A stretch of 46,963 bases of DNA, counting the filler, from Catajapyx aquilonaris (lineage: Eukaryota), in NCBI GenBank assembly GCA_000934665.2. It is 2 parts of 2 records of this genome, joined end to end, with 100 filler letters (N's around TTAATTAATTAA, not from the genome) between each part and the next. Parts side by side here need not be neighbours in the genome. Positions count along the whole stretch, not along the records: positions 1 to 23,440 come from JYFJ02005682.1; 1 more part is not named here. The stretch is one strand, 5' to 3'. Within the stretch, counting starts at the first letter, position 1, and every line of letters starts with the position of its first letter. The notes beneath the pieces are model-generated. The model saw only the letters and a list, made by a program, of their open reading frames with translations, made no database searches and was not told the origin of the DNA. Shown piece by piece: positions 9,927 through 21,859 of the stretch. Position numbers and translations under genes: made by a program.

Positions 9927-11875
9927 TCAGAATGTTGATTGGATTTTGCTTAACTTCCCACGTTGCAGGTCTAGTGTGTCTCTGTAGAGTAGAATAAATG
10001 CATCTCGGTAGCTCGGTATCCTGCAATGATGATAGGAACATCTTCTGTGATGACTAGGGAACGGATTTCTAGGTTCTAAAAAACCCTCAAATAGGTAGGC
10101 ATTTAGGCCCTGAAAACAGTCAAAATAGGCTCTTAAATAGGCACTATAAATCAACCTGGTTCAAATTTATTTTAATTTCTACACATATTTACAGCATACT
10201 CCTGGCCATGGAATTTTGCAGCGCCGTAACGAACTAGCAGTTATTCCATATTTTCGTTTGTTAACCGCAGTTATTCGGCGACAGTTAGCATTCTCCCTCA
10301 CGGGGAGCCAATATGGCCGATAGAAAAGCCGTCGGGCCGAATGTAGCAGCTTATTTAACGGCTATTAATAGCAGTGATTTCGAGTCTCAATAACGGTTAA
10401 CGGCATATTACCAGGGATCTTACCCATCAGCCGCTTCTTCGCTCGTCACAAGTTGAAGTGGGAGGGATTCCTTGAACGGAAAACCTGCAGAACTCTCGAA
10501 AATCTTACCAAACGACGTGAAAAAGGTCGAAATAGGTACTAATAGGTGCTAATAGGCCATTTAGGTCCCAACATCCGAAATAGGCATTATTAGGTTCTAT
10601 AAAACTACGATTTTTGAGGTCCTTGTGTTATGAAACGGATAGATATTTTGGTTCCGGTGTTCTGCCTACAAAAGAAAAAGTAGGTAAAAACCTAGAAATC
10701 CGTTCTCTAGTGATGACAGACAGAAACACGCAGCATTGTTGGAGTAACGTAATGAATTACCTATATACGTAAAGAAATACGTTGATGACGTAGTAGTATT
10801 GCAAGATGACTTCCAGTGATAAGACAGTCCCAGAAGAGTCAGAAGAACAGTCATTCTCTTCTCTCTTTCCTTCAGGTCATGCAAGGTTTTCGCACCAATA
10901 TCTCTGCAAACAATACGCTCAGTTCCATGCGTTCCAGCATAGTTAGACTGTTTAAACCCCGTACTTGGATTGCTTCAGTTGAGACCAACTTTGACGCAGT
11001 TTGGCCCAGATGAGAAGGAGGCACACCAAGACAGTGGCCCACGTAAAGCACAGAGAAAACCCGTAGAGTACATTATGCCTGTTTCCATTATTATTTATTC
11101 CTTGACCCATTACTGCACACAATCCTCTTGTTCTTCTGTATCCGAACCCATACATACTGAAACCTTTGCACGTTTTACAATTTTAATACGCATCCTGACT
11201 ATTTTGGAAATATTATTTTCTCGCTTCTTTGTCATCTTACCCCCTCAAATATTGGAACCACTGCACTGCTGCGAACATCCACACTGCCACCGCCGCAGGG
11301 ATACCACTGCGCCACTTGGGATGGAGGAACATGCAGGCCACCACAGATCCAGTGCCCTTTGCAGGAGGAATACAGTAGTTCAAATTGTGGCTTACTAATA
11401 TGAGGCTGCCATACCTGCAGAGTGTGGCGGCTGCTGCCAACGAAATGGTGGAAGCCATGAAGAGATAAAAGCCCATGAATCCCACAATGTGGCAGTACGT
11501 GGGGCTAAGGACCCACTTTCTGTATAGAAACGTCAGTGCCAAAGCAGGCAATATGTTGACACAGTAGAGGCCATCGGCCAGACTCAGGCTGAGCAGGAGG
11601 ACAGTGGTGCAGTTCTTGAGGGGACTTCTAGGGTCCTTGGTCTTCCACCTGGCATATGGAATGGCCACCAGAGCTAGCAAGTTGCTCAATCCTCCGACCA
11701 CACTCATGAGTAGCCAGTATGTTCCTACTATCACTGTGAAGTATTCAGGGTGGTCCGGGAAGCAGCATGATGGCACCTCCTGTTGGGTCAGACACACCAG
11801 AGATGTCACCTGGTCGTCTCTGGTGCAGAAGGAAGACAAGTTCATGCTGATGGACGTGTTGACCCACCCTATCAT
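9927..11875 (-). pseudogene. Type-B Tre1-like GPCR pseudogene (B2), full exon set but frameshifted
   Basis: Exon 1 11875-11415 intact; exon 2 11356-11241 frameshifted with in-frame TGA; exon 3 ~11160-10965; exon 4 10903-10761 is 143 nt versus 213-216 in intact copies (frameshifting deletion); exon 5 10020-9927 IPSYRDAFILLYRD. Confidence 0.8.
10055..10709. mobile_element. Non-autonomous hAT element in the last intron of B2
   Basis: TIR tagggaacggatttctaggtt / aacctagaaatccgttctcta; 8-bp TSD GTGATGAC at 10047-10054 and 10710-10717; subterminal aaatagg repeats. Confidence 0.9.
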
Positions 11876-12225
11876 GGCAAGCGACTAGAGAGAAAGAGTG
11901 TTGCGCTATTGGCACTCATAAGCGATGACATAGCAGTGAATATGCAAGCACTCCTGAATGTCATATCAAGGAGACACACTCTCCATGCATTGCTAGAACA
12001 CACAGTCACCATCACTCTCTGACAGGCGGCCTGTTGACATACTGTATGTGCATTTTTCGATGATAAGAAAAATCATAAAACGTACAGTAAGCTATTAGAG
12101 AAGAAATGTGAAGAGAAATGTTTATTTCTGCTTTATGACAACGTGTTATCACAGTGGTCTCTGTGTCTTTAAGACGATAACATTCTTGTCGTTTTGGGGC
12201 ACCTAGGAACATCATGCTGTTTCAG

Positions 12226-13704
12226 TTAGGGAATCGGGCGTCCAGGTGAAACAGCGACCTTCCTAAAACACCTGCGCATCCAGGTCCGTGCATCTTTGTA
12301 GAACAAAACAAGGGCATCCATGTAACTCTGGACCCTGAAAGAGAGGAGTGAATAGATGGACGTTTTTGACTGATCGCACTTCACCAGTAGGCCTACAAAT
12401 AGAGTAAGCCCACGTCATGAAACGGAGAGGTTTTCTCACAGTAGTGGTTTTGAGATAGAAATGGAGAAAAGTGGTAGGCTAATATTGTTACACAAAAAGT
12501 ATTACCTGTAGATATAAATGAACACGTTTATCGCGAAGTAGTAGTGCACGATGAATGTATAGTATATGTACGGAGGACTCCAAGGTCCTTCAGGGGTAAA
12601 CATGTAGATGAGGGAAACCGGAAGTGTAGTGCCGGTGTAGGCAGCTCCCAGCAATGTGAGGAGAATGGCCATCCTCTTTTCTCTTTCTTTCAGCTCCTGA
12701 AGGGTGCTCTTCCCCATTTCTCTGCATATATTGGAACATTTTTTAAAGTTCTTATAGTTTTGTCAATGAGTGGTCACATACTTACTTGAAACGTTTAAAT
12801 TGTGACCAATTTTGACGTAGTTTGATCCAAATTAGCAGGAGGCAGACCTGAACTGTGATCCATGGAAGGGCCATAACCACCCCGAATGCTGTTACCTGCT
12901 CGACGTCACTCATGATACCGCAAAAACCCTGCTCCCGGCTGTATCCCAGTTCGCAATGAATCTGTGTGTTTTAATATAATTAATACCTTAGTCCTTATTA
13001 GGTCGTCGGATAATTCGCATGGCACCGATACTCACACTGGCCGATATGGGAACAGCACTAGACACAACCCAAACCACAGCGACGGCAGGTATGCTCCCAT
13101 ATGGCTCGAAAATGACAGCAGCCCCTGCAGGCCACCAGAGTGACATTGTCCTGTAGACATGAAGAGAATGACGATGATACAATACCATAATAGGGGTATT
13201 CTTCATGGCCTCTAAAACCTGATACGGTAACTGCCTTTACCTACTAAGTGTAGCTGCTGCTAATGAATAGGGTGAGGCCACTGCTATGTAATAGGAGATG
13301 AAAGCGTATATGTAGCAGAACCTATCTCCTAATATCCACTTCTGGTATAAGAACGCCAATGACATGACTGGATAGACCATGAAGCAGAAGAGACAGTCCG
13401 CCAGACTCAGGCTCAGGAGCAAGACCGTGGTGCAACTTTTCAGGGGATTTCGAGGGTCCTTGGTCTTCCACCTGGCATATGGAATGGCCACAAGCACCAG
13501 CAAGTTGCCGAATCCTCCGACCACACTCAGAAGAAGCCAGTATGTCGCTGCTATCACTCTGAAGTATTCAGGATAGTCCGGGAAGCAGCAGGAAGGAGCG
13601 TCATCTTGGGTCAGACACACTAGAGATGTCTCCTGGTCGTCTCTGGAGCAAAAGGACATGTTGAACTCAGCGGTGTAAGTGTGGACCTGCTCTGAACCAG
13701 CCAT
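12226..13704 (-). CDS. Class A GPCR, Tre1/Moody-like, copy A3, intact 5-exon model, 359 aa
   Basis: Exons 13704-13241, 13150-13036, 12961-12786, 12721-12506, 12334-12226; GT-AG, same intron positions and phases as A1; 1080 nt with no internal stop. Confidence 0.9.
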
Positions 13705-14126
13705 TGCAAGAGACTAGATGAGTCAAGTGATGGATTGTTGTGTGAATACATGTGGAGGATTTTCCTCATGTAATGGACTTGATGTGGAGGAGTGTGGAGC
13801 GATAATATCAGTAGGATGCGGTTCGTTTAATATGTCAGAAAACAATGGGACAGAAACCATGCAGACTACTGACATGCGTGAGGATTATGTCATATGTGAC
13901 GAACCCATATTTCGTAACGCTACCAGAAGGAATGGGACTATCACAAAACATTTTTAAAATGAACATTTTCCCCTTAGGAAACAGGAGTAGATATGGGCCA
14001 TCCGTTACGGCATCCTGTTGGGCAGGTACACTGACCCAAGTGATAAACATGGCAATGAACACGTGCTCAATTTCCATACACTTGACAATATGACCATGGG
14101 TTGTATAGCAGTGGTCGACTTAATTT

Positions 14127-14510
14127 ACCTTTAGAAATAAAGAAACACATTGATGACGTAGTAGTGGAGCAGTAAAAAAAATCTAAAATAAATGTAAGGC
14201 TTTGTCCACGGCCCTTCCTTGCAAGCAAGGTTGTTGGGTTCTTGAGAGGACTTAAAGGGTTCTTGGTCCTCCACCTGGTGCAGGGAATGGCCATCAGTAA
14301 CCATCAGGTTGCCGAATCCTCCAACAACACTCTGGAGGAGCCAGTATGTTCCTGCGATGATTGTGAAGTATAATTATCGGATAATCAGGAACGCAGCATG
14401 AAGGCATCTTCGGGTCAGACACACCAAGATGTCTCCTGGACGTCTCTTGAACAGAAGGAAGTCACGTTCATGCTACGTGTGGAGGTGTTGACCTGCACTG
14501 AGCTTGTCAT
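14127..14510 (-). pseudogene. Type-B GPCR pseudogene (B3), frameshifted and internally deleted
   Basis: MTSSVQVNTSTRSMNV.. start, degenerate FCSRD.QET, YW..VGGFGNL, PCTRWRTKNPLSPLK, then jumps to the exon-4 end ctactacgtcatcaatgtgtttctttat..ag|gtaa. Confidence 0.8.
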
Positions 14511-15331
14511 CGAAAGACTGAAGAGACTATCTGTAAATCTGTGAGTTACGTATCAACGGGATGTTTTCGACATAATGTCAAAAAAGAATGGGACACCCGC
14601 ACACTATACTATCAGCTATTGATGTGTGAATGCAACAAGTGCATTTATTATTGCATATGTATGTCGTATGTATCACAGTTACTATTATTTTTGGCTCACA
14701 TAATATTGCGACATTATGTATTACGTTAGGGACTAATATTGTCGCACTATTGTTGTTCTGCGTCTGTCTTACAATAATTATGTTTGCACTTCCTATTAAT
14801 CCAGTCAACATCCCATTGCAATAAATCCTGGCTTCAAATTCTGAGACACTCCTGTGACTTGGACTCCCTGACTTGAAACCCCAGCCAAACTTCTGGCCCA
14901 TGCACAAGAGGGTGCTGAAAATTGCGAGACATACCAACCTACATTGCATATCGAGAGGGTATCAACCGCCTCATAATTACTATGAACAAGACGGTGACGT
15001 CTTCCTATTGCGACATCTATGCGAGGTTTTTAAGGCGGCTTCCCCCTTAAAAATCCAAGATAATTCTATATGATGGCCCAGTCTCTCTGATGAATTATGA
15101 AAACATTAAGTGTCCCTTAAAAAAATTTTAAACGAAGTTCACCCCAGCGCCACTAGGCAAGGGAAAAACAATTGCTTATCCGGAGGCAGTGAATCACATT
15201 GGGACAAAAAAAAAAACGCGCGTGATACTATATCTATTATCTAGGTTGTTGACCTGGTTTATCACTTATTAGGCGCCTATTATTATTAATAGTTCCCCGG
15301 AGGTATCCTTTGGCACAGTCTACTTCTCGAC

Positions 15332-15383
15332 ATGGCTAACCGTATCTGCTTCTTGCTGCTCGCCTTCTTGGCAATTGTCCATG
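15332..15383 (+). other. Possible isolated signal-peptide exon (MANRICFLLLAFLAIVH, phase-1 donor)
   Basis: ATG, basic residue, hydrophobic core, then G|GTAATG; upstream acceptor-like tttggcacAG; no partner exon identified. Confidence 0.4.
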
Positions 15384-15414
15384 GTAATGTATCCGCCAGC
15401 CGATGTTACACTTT

Positions 15415-15870
15415 GGCATCGATATAGCGCATATTAAAATATCGATATGTTGCATAATTACGTATCGATATGGTCTGTATGGATATATCGATGTGTCGCA
15501 TATTTATACATCGATATGTTGTTTAGTGATGTATCGGTATATGTATAATGACGTATCGATGTTGTATAATGATGTATCGATATCGTCTGCATTGATATTG
15601 ATTTTTGCACATCTCAATCTCAATAATCGACGTCGTAATCAAAATTTCGAATATTGATATATTGAATTATCAAATACAATATGTTGTAGCCTACCTCAAA
15701 ATATTGAAAATCGCTATTTTGTAAATTGATATATTGAAAGTCGATACTTATTGTGTATCTAATTGTTAAAATCGATGTTTTTCACAGTTAAATCTCAAAA
15801 ATCGATGTACCGTACATCAAAATGTCAAATTCCGGTATTGATAGGTTGTGCATCAAAATATCGTGCTAGT
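15415..15870. repeat. ATCGAT/ATATCG-rich imperfect repeat tract, probably transposon subterminal repeats
   Basis: Many atcgat, tatcga and atattga motifs at short spacing. Confidence 0.55.
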
Positions 15871-15894
15871 GCCATGGGATTGCCACTATCGTGC

Positions 15895-16230
15895 AGGGAC
15901 AGGGTAGGGATAGGAGGGGGGGACACTGGTGCATGTGCAATGTCATCAAGTTGGGGGTCGTGTGCAGTCCCTCAGGGGGCCCGTTCGCCAAGATGACCCC
16001 CTAGATGCGAGTCAGAAACTCACCCACTGACCCGCACCTCTCCACGGCAGGGAAAGGAAGGAAGCGGCTGTGGCCTATTTTTTTACGGAAACGACCTCGG
16101 AATTGTCCTGGAGGAGACCATGGAAAACCACAGAAAACCAAGGTCAGGATCGCCAGGCCTCCGGGATTCGAACCCAGGACCTCCCATTAGCAGTCGGACA
16201 CCATATCCACTCCACCACTACTGCTTCGGT
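15895..16230 (-). mobile_element. tRNA-derived SINE sequences (family-2 body plus a second tRNA-like head)
   Basis: B-box-like GGTTCGAATCCC on the minus strand at ~16163-16175; 15895-16040 resembles the reverse complement of 17855-18000. Confidence 0.6.
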
Positions 16231-16279
16231 GAAAATCGATGTATTAAGCACATTAAGCGATTTTTAATCCAAATTCCAG

Positions 16280-17120
16280 TGTTCCAAACGCTGCGGCGGA
16301 GGCTGGAAGACCCGTCGGGTCAAATGTCAGCAGATTCTGGCCTTCGGTCACGTAGTGGACAAAGACTCTGCCCACTGTCCAGACAACAAGCCTAACGATG
16401 ATAGACGTGCCTGCAACCCAAGACCATGTCGTGAGGAAGTAGCCCCAAGGATCGCTTCTTCCAGCAATCAGTCCTACATGCAGGTCACCACAAAGAAGAA
16501 GTTGATCCTGAAGATCGGAGGTCAGGCCGTCGTCTTCCAAGGAACCACCGTCAAGATCAAATGTCCCGTCAAACGGTTCAACAGGTGGGTCACTAAACTT
16601 TTTTTAGCCAACTTTTTCCACTTTTTTTCCATCATATCTGAGGGGGAAAGTGGTTGGCGCAGATGGGGATCTACTACAACTGGTTCCAGCCCGGTTGTTA
16701 TCGAGTTTTTCGTGTGTAGGATCCCTGACGACATGTGCGCCACGTGAAATTGCCTGCACCTAATGGTGGGACCCACGTTTGATGAGATTGAGTATTGATT
16801 TGAAGGAAACTATTGCTTACTTTTTGGGAAGTTGGACGATAGTAATAGTCGACATCGAAAAAGATCTTAAGTGGAAAATCCACAATTGAAGTTGAAATTG
16901 AAGTGGAAAATTCTTCCAGTTATTTGGAATTGACGTTTGTAGGATATTAGGATGAATATTTTTTAGCCAATTGGATTGTTTGTTGTTTTCAGGGCCAAGA
17001 TCATGTGGGCCAAGAACCATGAGTATATCAAGAAGTCCAAGAAGTACGGGGTGTCCAAGAAGGGGGCGCTCAGGATCAGGGAGGTCACGTTCAGCGATAG
17101 TGGGATCTACACTTGCATAG
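16280..17120 (+). CDS. Two internal exons of an ADAMTS-like (madd-4/nolo/ADAMTSL1-3) gene: TSP1 repeat plus Ig-like domain
   Basis: Exons 16280-16584 (CSKRCGGGWKTRRVKC...CPDNKP...RACNPRPC...KIKCPVKRFNR) and 16993-17120 (AKIMWAKN...GALRIREVTFSDSGIYTCI); canonical splice sites, phase-2 join in frame. Confidence 0.85.
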
Positions 17121-17774
17121 GTAAGAAGTTCAAAGGCTATTTGTTGTGCTCAAAAGTGTTTCATTTGGCTAAATGACTGCGGACTAATATCTTTAAAGCG
17201 ATTTTGAAGATGGAAGGTTATGTGCTATTTGCGTTATTTTCAATATAGTGTAACTGCTATTGTCATGAATGATCAAATTTCTGCTACTTTCAAGAGTAAT
17301 GGTCAAATCACTGCTACTTTCATGACTTAGTGAATTCACTGCTACTTCCACATGAACTCGCTGCTACTTAATGACTTACGGCGAAATGACTGGCATTTGA
17401 ATGCTTATAGAACGTGACGGAAGAGTGACTGAAAAAAAATCGCCCATTTTCAGCTGGGCAGTCGTCTGCGAATCTGACGTTGACGGTGAAACAGATCCCG
17501 AGTCATTTCCTGGCGTCGGAAGAAATGGAACGAACCCGAGGAATTGGAGCGCGAAATCCTGTATTAGGAACAAACATTGTCGGCCCTGGAAGCTTCGAGA
17601 CCAAGGAAGAGACACTACTTTGACTCCTTATTTTCCGATGAGGAATTGCTTACTACATTAAGCATTTAAGCCTGGAGCTGGAGGTTCGTCAGTAACGTCA
17701 CAAGTACTTAATTTTTAATTTTTCATAATAATAGGGGATGATGGCTTGTAGTTCTTTACCTCCATGATCTTCGG

Positions 17775-18000
17775 AGAGGTGCGGTGGCCGATATGGTAAC
17801 GTCTCGGCTTGATGAGTGAAAGGTCCCAGGTTCGATCCTTTTCACCTGCGTCAGGAGGGTCTCTGACCTGCACCTTGGAGGTGTCTGGCAACCTAACCTC
17901 CTGGGGAACAGCACATGACCCCTTTTCAGACATTGGACTTGCACCACATGTTCCCTCCCCAAAAATCCATATCCTTACCCAATGTCCTTCATTCCCTGCA
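17775..18000 (+). mobile_element. tRNA-derived SINE (family 2)
   Basis: A-box-like TGGCCGATATGG and B-box GGTTCGATCC at tRNA spacing, followed by a non-tRNA body. Confidence 0.7.
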
Positions 18001-18178
18001 CCGGAGTTAGAAGAAAATGTANGGGGGGGGGGGGTTAAAAATAAAAAAAATAAAATGATCTTCAATTATGCCAATGAAATAATCTTTTTATTAAAGAACA
18101 AAGTGGTATAAAACCCAGTTATCAGCTCTTGATAAAACTGAGTTAAATTACCACAAAAAAAATCAACATAAGATTATT

Positions 18179-18481
18179 TCAGGCAGATGATTGCTGGTAG
18201 TTCTTAACTGCCATGAGCTTCTTTCCACACATGGCACAGATCCCCTTTTTGTATGCACATGACTGGCAGAAATGGGAACCAGTTTGGTGAACCGTCTGAT
18301 GGCATATTCGACACTCGTTGAACTTGTTGGTGTAAGGGTTGAAACGTGCCTTCTTAGATGTCAGAAGCTTGTTCTCATTGACTTTCCGACCGCCACTCTC
18401 GATTGTGTTGCGAGCCCCTGCCTTCCATGAGTCAGGTGTTATCACACGACCTAGCTTACTCTGGCACTTATCACAGACCAT
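18179..18481 (-). CDS. CRIPT: Cysteine-rich PDZ-binding protein CRIPT, 100 aa, single coding exon
   Basis: MVCDKCQSKLGRVITPDSWKAGARNTIESGGRKVNENKLLT...CRICHQTVHQTGSHFCQSCAYKKGICAMCGKK...YQQSSA; acceptor ctcttacAG 9 nt before the ATG. Confidence 0.95.
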   Translation of the reverse strand: MVCDKCQSKLGRVITPDSWKAGARNTIESGGRKVNENKLLTSKKARFNPYTNKFNECRICHQTVHQTGSHFCQSCAYKKGICAMCGKKLMAVKNYQQSSA

Positions 18482-18638
18482 GGTTAGAAGCTGTAAGAGT
18501 GGATATAAGAAAAGCAATATATTATTAGCAACAAGCACATCTTCCAACAAGTTAATAAGTGTTAATTAATGTTTTGATTTTTAACAGTTGCACATTTCAT
18601 TTGAGTTATATAAATAGATAGAGAAATTCGTGACTTAC

Positions 18639-19705
18639 ATTTCAAGAAAGCCAATCGTAACACAGGTTTTGATATTTTCCAACCAGCTCCTTCTTTATGA
18701 GGGGAATGACACCTGCAATAAAGAAAAATTCAGATCAGCCCTTTGAACTGACAAGGGAACTGTAAGTGTTGTAAATGGAGTTGCTAAGTGAAACTTGGCA
18801 CAATAATATAGGCAGGTAAGTTATTAAACCAAATGCAAACCGTTTCGGCGAATGCCTACAAGGTCAAAAGTTATGACCTCTCGAACTCACAAGGGACACT
18901 TTCCAAGGTCTCACCGATTTCATTGACATTCAGTACATTGGTAGCCAACCCCAAGGGATGATAAACGCACCTAAAGTGACCTGCTCAAAATGACTGGGTG
19001 ACCCCTTTTGGGGGGCTACCAATGCACCGAATTTCAAGAAAATCGGTGAGTTTTCGGCATTTACCAGTTGACCTCTGCCCCACCAAAAGGGGGAACCAGG
19101 TCATTTTGAGCAGGTCACTTTAGGTGCGTTTTTCATCCCTTGGGGTGGGCTACCAATGCACCGAATTTCAAGAAAATCAGTGAGACCTTGGAAAGTGTCC
19201 CTTGTGAGTTCGAGAGGTCATAACTTTTGACCTTGTAGGCATCCGCCGAAACGGTTTGCATTTTGTTTAATAACTTACCTGCCTATATTATTGTGCCAAC
19301 TATCAGTTGAGCAACTCCTGCTTATTGAAGACCGGTACACTCTCACACTGCTGAATCTCACAATAAAACCACTCTTTACAGTCTCAAGCACTAGTTAGAA
19401 ACAGTTCTTTTTGATGATTTAACAAGCACAGTACAAGGTTATGCCAATTGAAAGGATGGAACTGCAAGACCAGTAACAAACAATATATTGTAACACAGAG
19501 GGGCTTTTCCGGTTTCAAAGTCCGGCCCAGGGGCTCAAAACTCCTGGAGTGGGTAGCCGGACACCAGGCACGGCCCGTGCTGGCACTCCCAGTGTCGGAT
19601 GGCCCCGGGTCCGCCCCCGAAACACGACAATGCAAACATATGCAACTCACCTTGATCGATGGCTGCGGGGAAGGGGAAGAAAAAGAGGGGAGCGTTTGAG
19701 CACGT
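18639..19705 (-). other. Probable non-coding 5' UTR exons of CRIPT
   Basis: Exon ending 19651 (AAG|GTGAGT) with a long pyrimidine tract; exon starting 19461 (tcttgcAG, donor uncertain); exon 18712-18639 (ttattgcAG..AAT|GTAAGT). Confidence 0.55.
18777..19318. mobile_element. Foldback MITE (~235-bp arms) in a CRIPT 5' intron
   Basis: ggagttgct..ttggcacaataatataggcaggtaagttattaaac.. pairs with ..gtttaataacttacctgcctatattattgtgccaa..agcaactcc. Confidence 0.9.
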
Positions 19706-21047
19706 CACATGGAACGACAAAGCGTCGCCAACAGTAACGTACTTTTATAAAAAAAACCGTTATAAATATTAAATACTAATAGCGGATATGTCACTGAGAA
19801 AGCAATGCCTGAATTACAGGCATCTATAAATGGTTTAGTAATAGCTCCCTAAGGGATTATTCGTTACGACAAAAATTAACTCTGGCAACACCGCTCTCCA
19901 CCGGAAATAGTGGAGTTTTTGAACGCACCCAATGAGTTACGAGGTTTTCACCAAAATGACGGGAAAGTGCTGCAAGGGGCTGCAAGTCTTAAATTTTAAT
20001 AAGACAATGGGGCACACCCAGGTACCCTAGAAATAAATTTTCGTGAAATTTGGACCACTAGGTCCACACCAGGAGAGGGCCCAACTTGGCGTTTTTTTGT
20101 GCGGGTGGCGAAAATCAAAAAGATTGACCAGTTCCAATGTTATCATACAGATCCGCCAAATTTTGTACAAAAATGGGTCCTCGTCTGAAACCGCCAGGAA
20201 AAGTCCAAACCAGGAATCCGGCCATCTTGGGCCCAGACTGGCAAACACGAAAAAATTCCAACAATCAAATAAATAATAATCAAATAAATTAATTTAACAA
20301 TGGTACATGGCAAGGTACATGGTCTCCATTGTTACGGTACTGACAATGAGTGCTGGACACATTAGCCGTCGCTGAATGTTTTTTTTCCGTCGGCGACGGC
20401 GCGCGTCACCTTATGGCAACCCCGTCCAGCGGGCCAATTCAAACATCAGAACATGGAGACTGCTCAGTGTCCTTTCCATTGTTGCCCACGGTTTACAAAT
20501 CGAGTGACTGACGCGGTTGACCAAGCGACGGGTCTCTTCAGTGCCTGCTCACGCATCAAGGAATACGCAGGGAAACACGGGAAAATAATGATGTTAGAAG
20601 CAAGTCCTTCTGGGGGAATGTTCCCTGCTGGACTCAAAGAAAGGTTTTCGTCCACAGCACACGAAATATATTCCATCCCTGAGGAGGGGGTGACAATTAA
20701 GATCAGGGGTGTGCTAATTCAAAGTGTCTCAACTGACGGATTCTATCGGTTTTTGTGTCTTTTTCGCGTCATTCGACCACCGCTAAGACGAATGGAGGCC
20801 ATTCCCTGCATGTCAGACACCGCGTCTGTCTCGTGATTTGTCCCCACAAGACGTCATATTTCAAAATTGCCTCTTCCTGTCGCTATAATGTGATACGTGT
20901 TATTCGTGTCACATTATAGCGACAGGAAGAGGAACAGGACTACTATCGGATTTTTTAAATACTGGCCCGACGTTCCAAATGATCAGCAAGTTGGTGTGAT
21001 CAATGAATGTATATGCATACGAGCTAATATACGTACTGTACATAGGC

Positions 21048-21243
21048 ACGCAAAAAGAATGTCCGGGGAGAGTCTTCGTTCAGCCTGGTGGAGGCAAACC
21101 ATTGCACCTGGGTAGCTGAGGGAGGAGGGAAAAAGCTCAGCAGATAAGCACGGACGTACACACAAGTGTGTGTGTACACATCTGCGCAATGGTTTGCCTC
21201 CACCAGGCTGAACGAAGACTCTCCCCGGACATTCTTTTTGCGT
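21048..21243. mobile_element. MITE/hairpin with ~59-bp near-perfect arms
   Basis: acgcaaaaagaatgtccggggagagtcttcgttcagcctggtggaggcaaaccattgc and its reverse complement at ~21185-21243. Confidence 0.85.
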
Positions 21244-21478
21244 CCGATACATACTGTATATATCCATGAAAATACGATAGTTTTTGGGATAATTCCGGAA
21301 AAATCCAAACTGTGATACATACGAAATACATATGCAATAATAAATGCACTTGTTGCATACACACATCAATAGCTGATCGTATAGTGTGGGGGTGTCCCAT
21401 TCTTTTGTTGACATTATGTCAAAAACATCCCTTTGATACGTAACTCACAGATTTACAGATAGACCCTTCAGTCTTTCG

Positions 21479-21580
21479 ATGACAAGCTCAGTACAAGTCA
21501 ACACCTCCAGACGCAGCATGAACGTGTCTCCCTTCTGTACAAGAAACGACCAGGAGACATCTCTGGTGTGTCTGACCCAC
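21479..21580 (+). pseudogene. N-terminal fragment of type-B GPCR (B4), inverted unit
   Basis: MTSSVQVNTSRRSMNVSPFCTRNDQETSLVCLT, then homology ends. Confidence 0.8.
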
Positions 21581-21859
21581 GGACTAGGCATTTCAGTACT
21601 GGTTCCGTTCCTTCCGGTAGCGCTACGAAAGATGGGTTTCTCACAGATGACTTGCGAATCGTATTATAATTATAATCCGCACACATGTCAGTAATCTGTC
21701 TGGTTCGTGTCCCATTGTTTTATGACCTTAAACGAACCGTATCCTACTGATATAGCTGCACACTCCTCAACATCAAGTACCGCCTGGCCATTACATGGAA
21801 AATTCCCCCACACGTATTCGCACGACAATCCCATCACTTCACTCATCTAGTCTCTTTCA

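Noticed and set aside
11237..11875. Intact 212-aa GPCR ORF
   Set aside because: Reads through intron 1 into a frameshifted exon 2; exon 4 is also deleted, so it is treated as a pseudogene
15415..15870. CRISPR-like array
   Set aside because: Eukaryotic context, no constant-length repeats with unique spacers, no cas genes
20453..20836. 127-aa ORF and upstream X-box-like gtcaccttatggcaac
   Set aside because: No recognisable homology or splice support; X-box spacing is non-canonical
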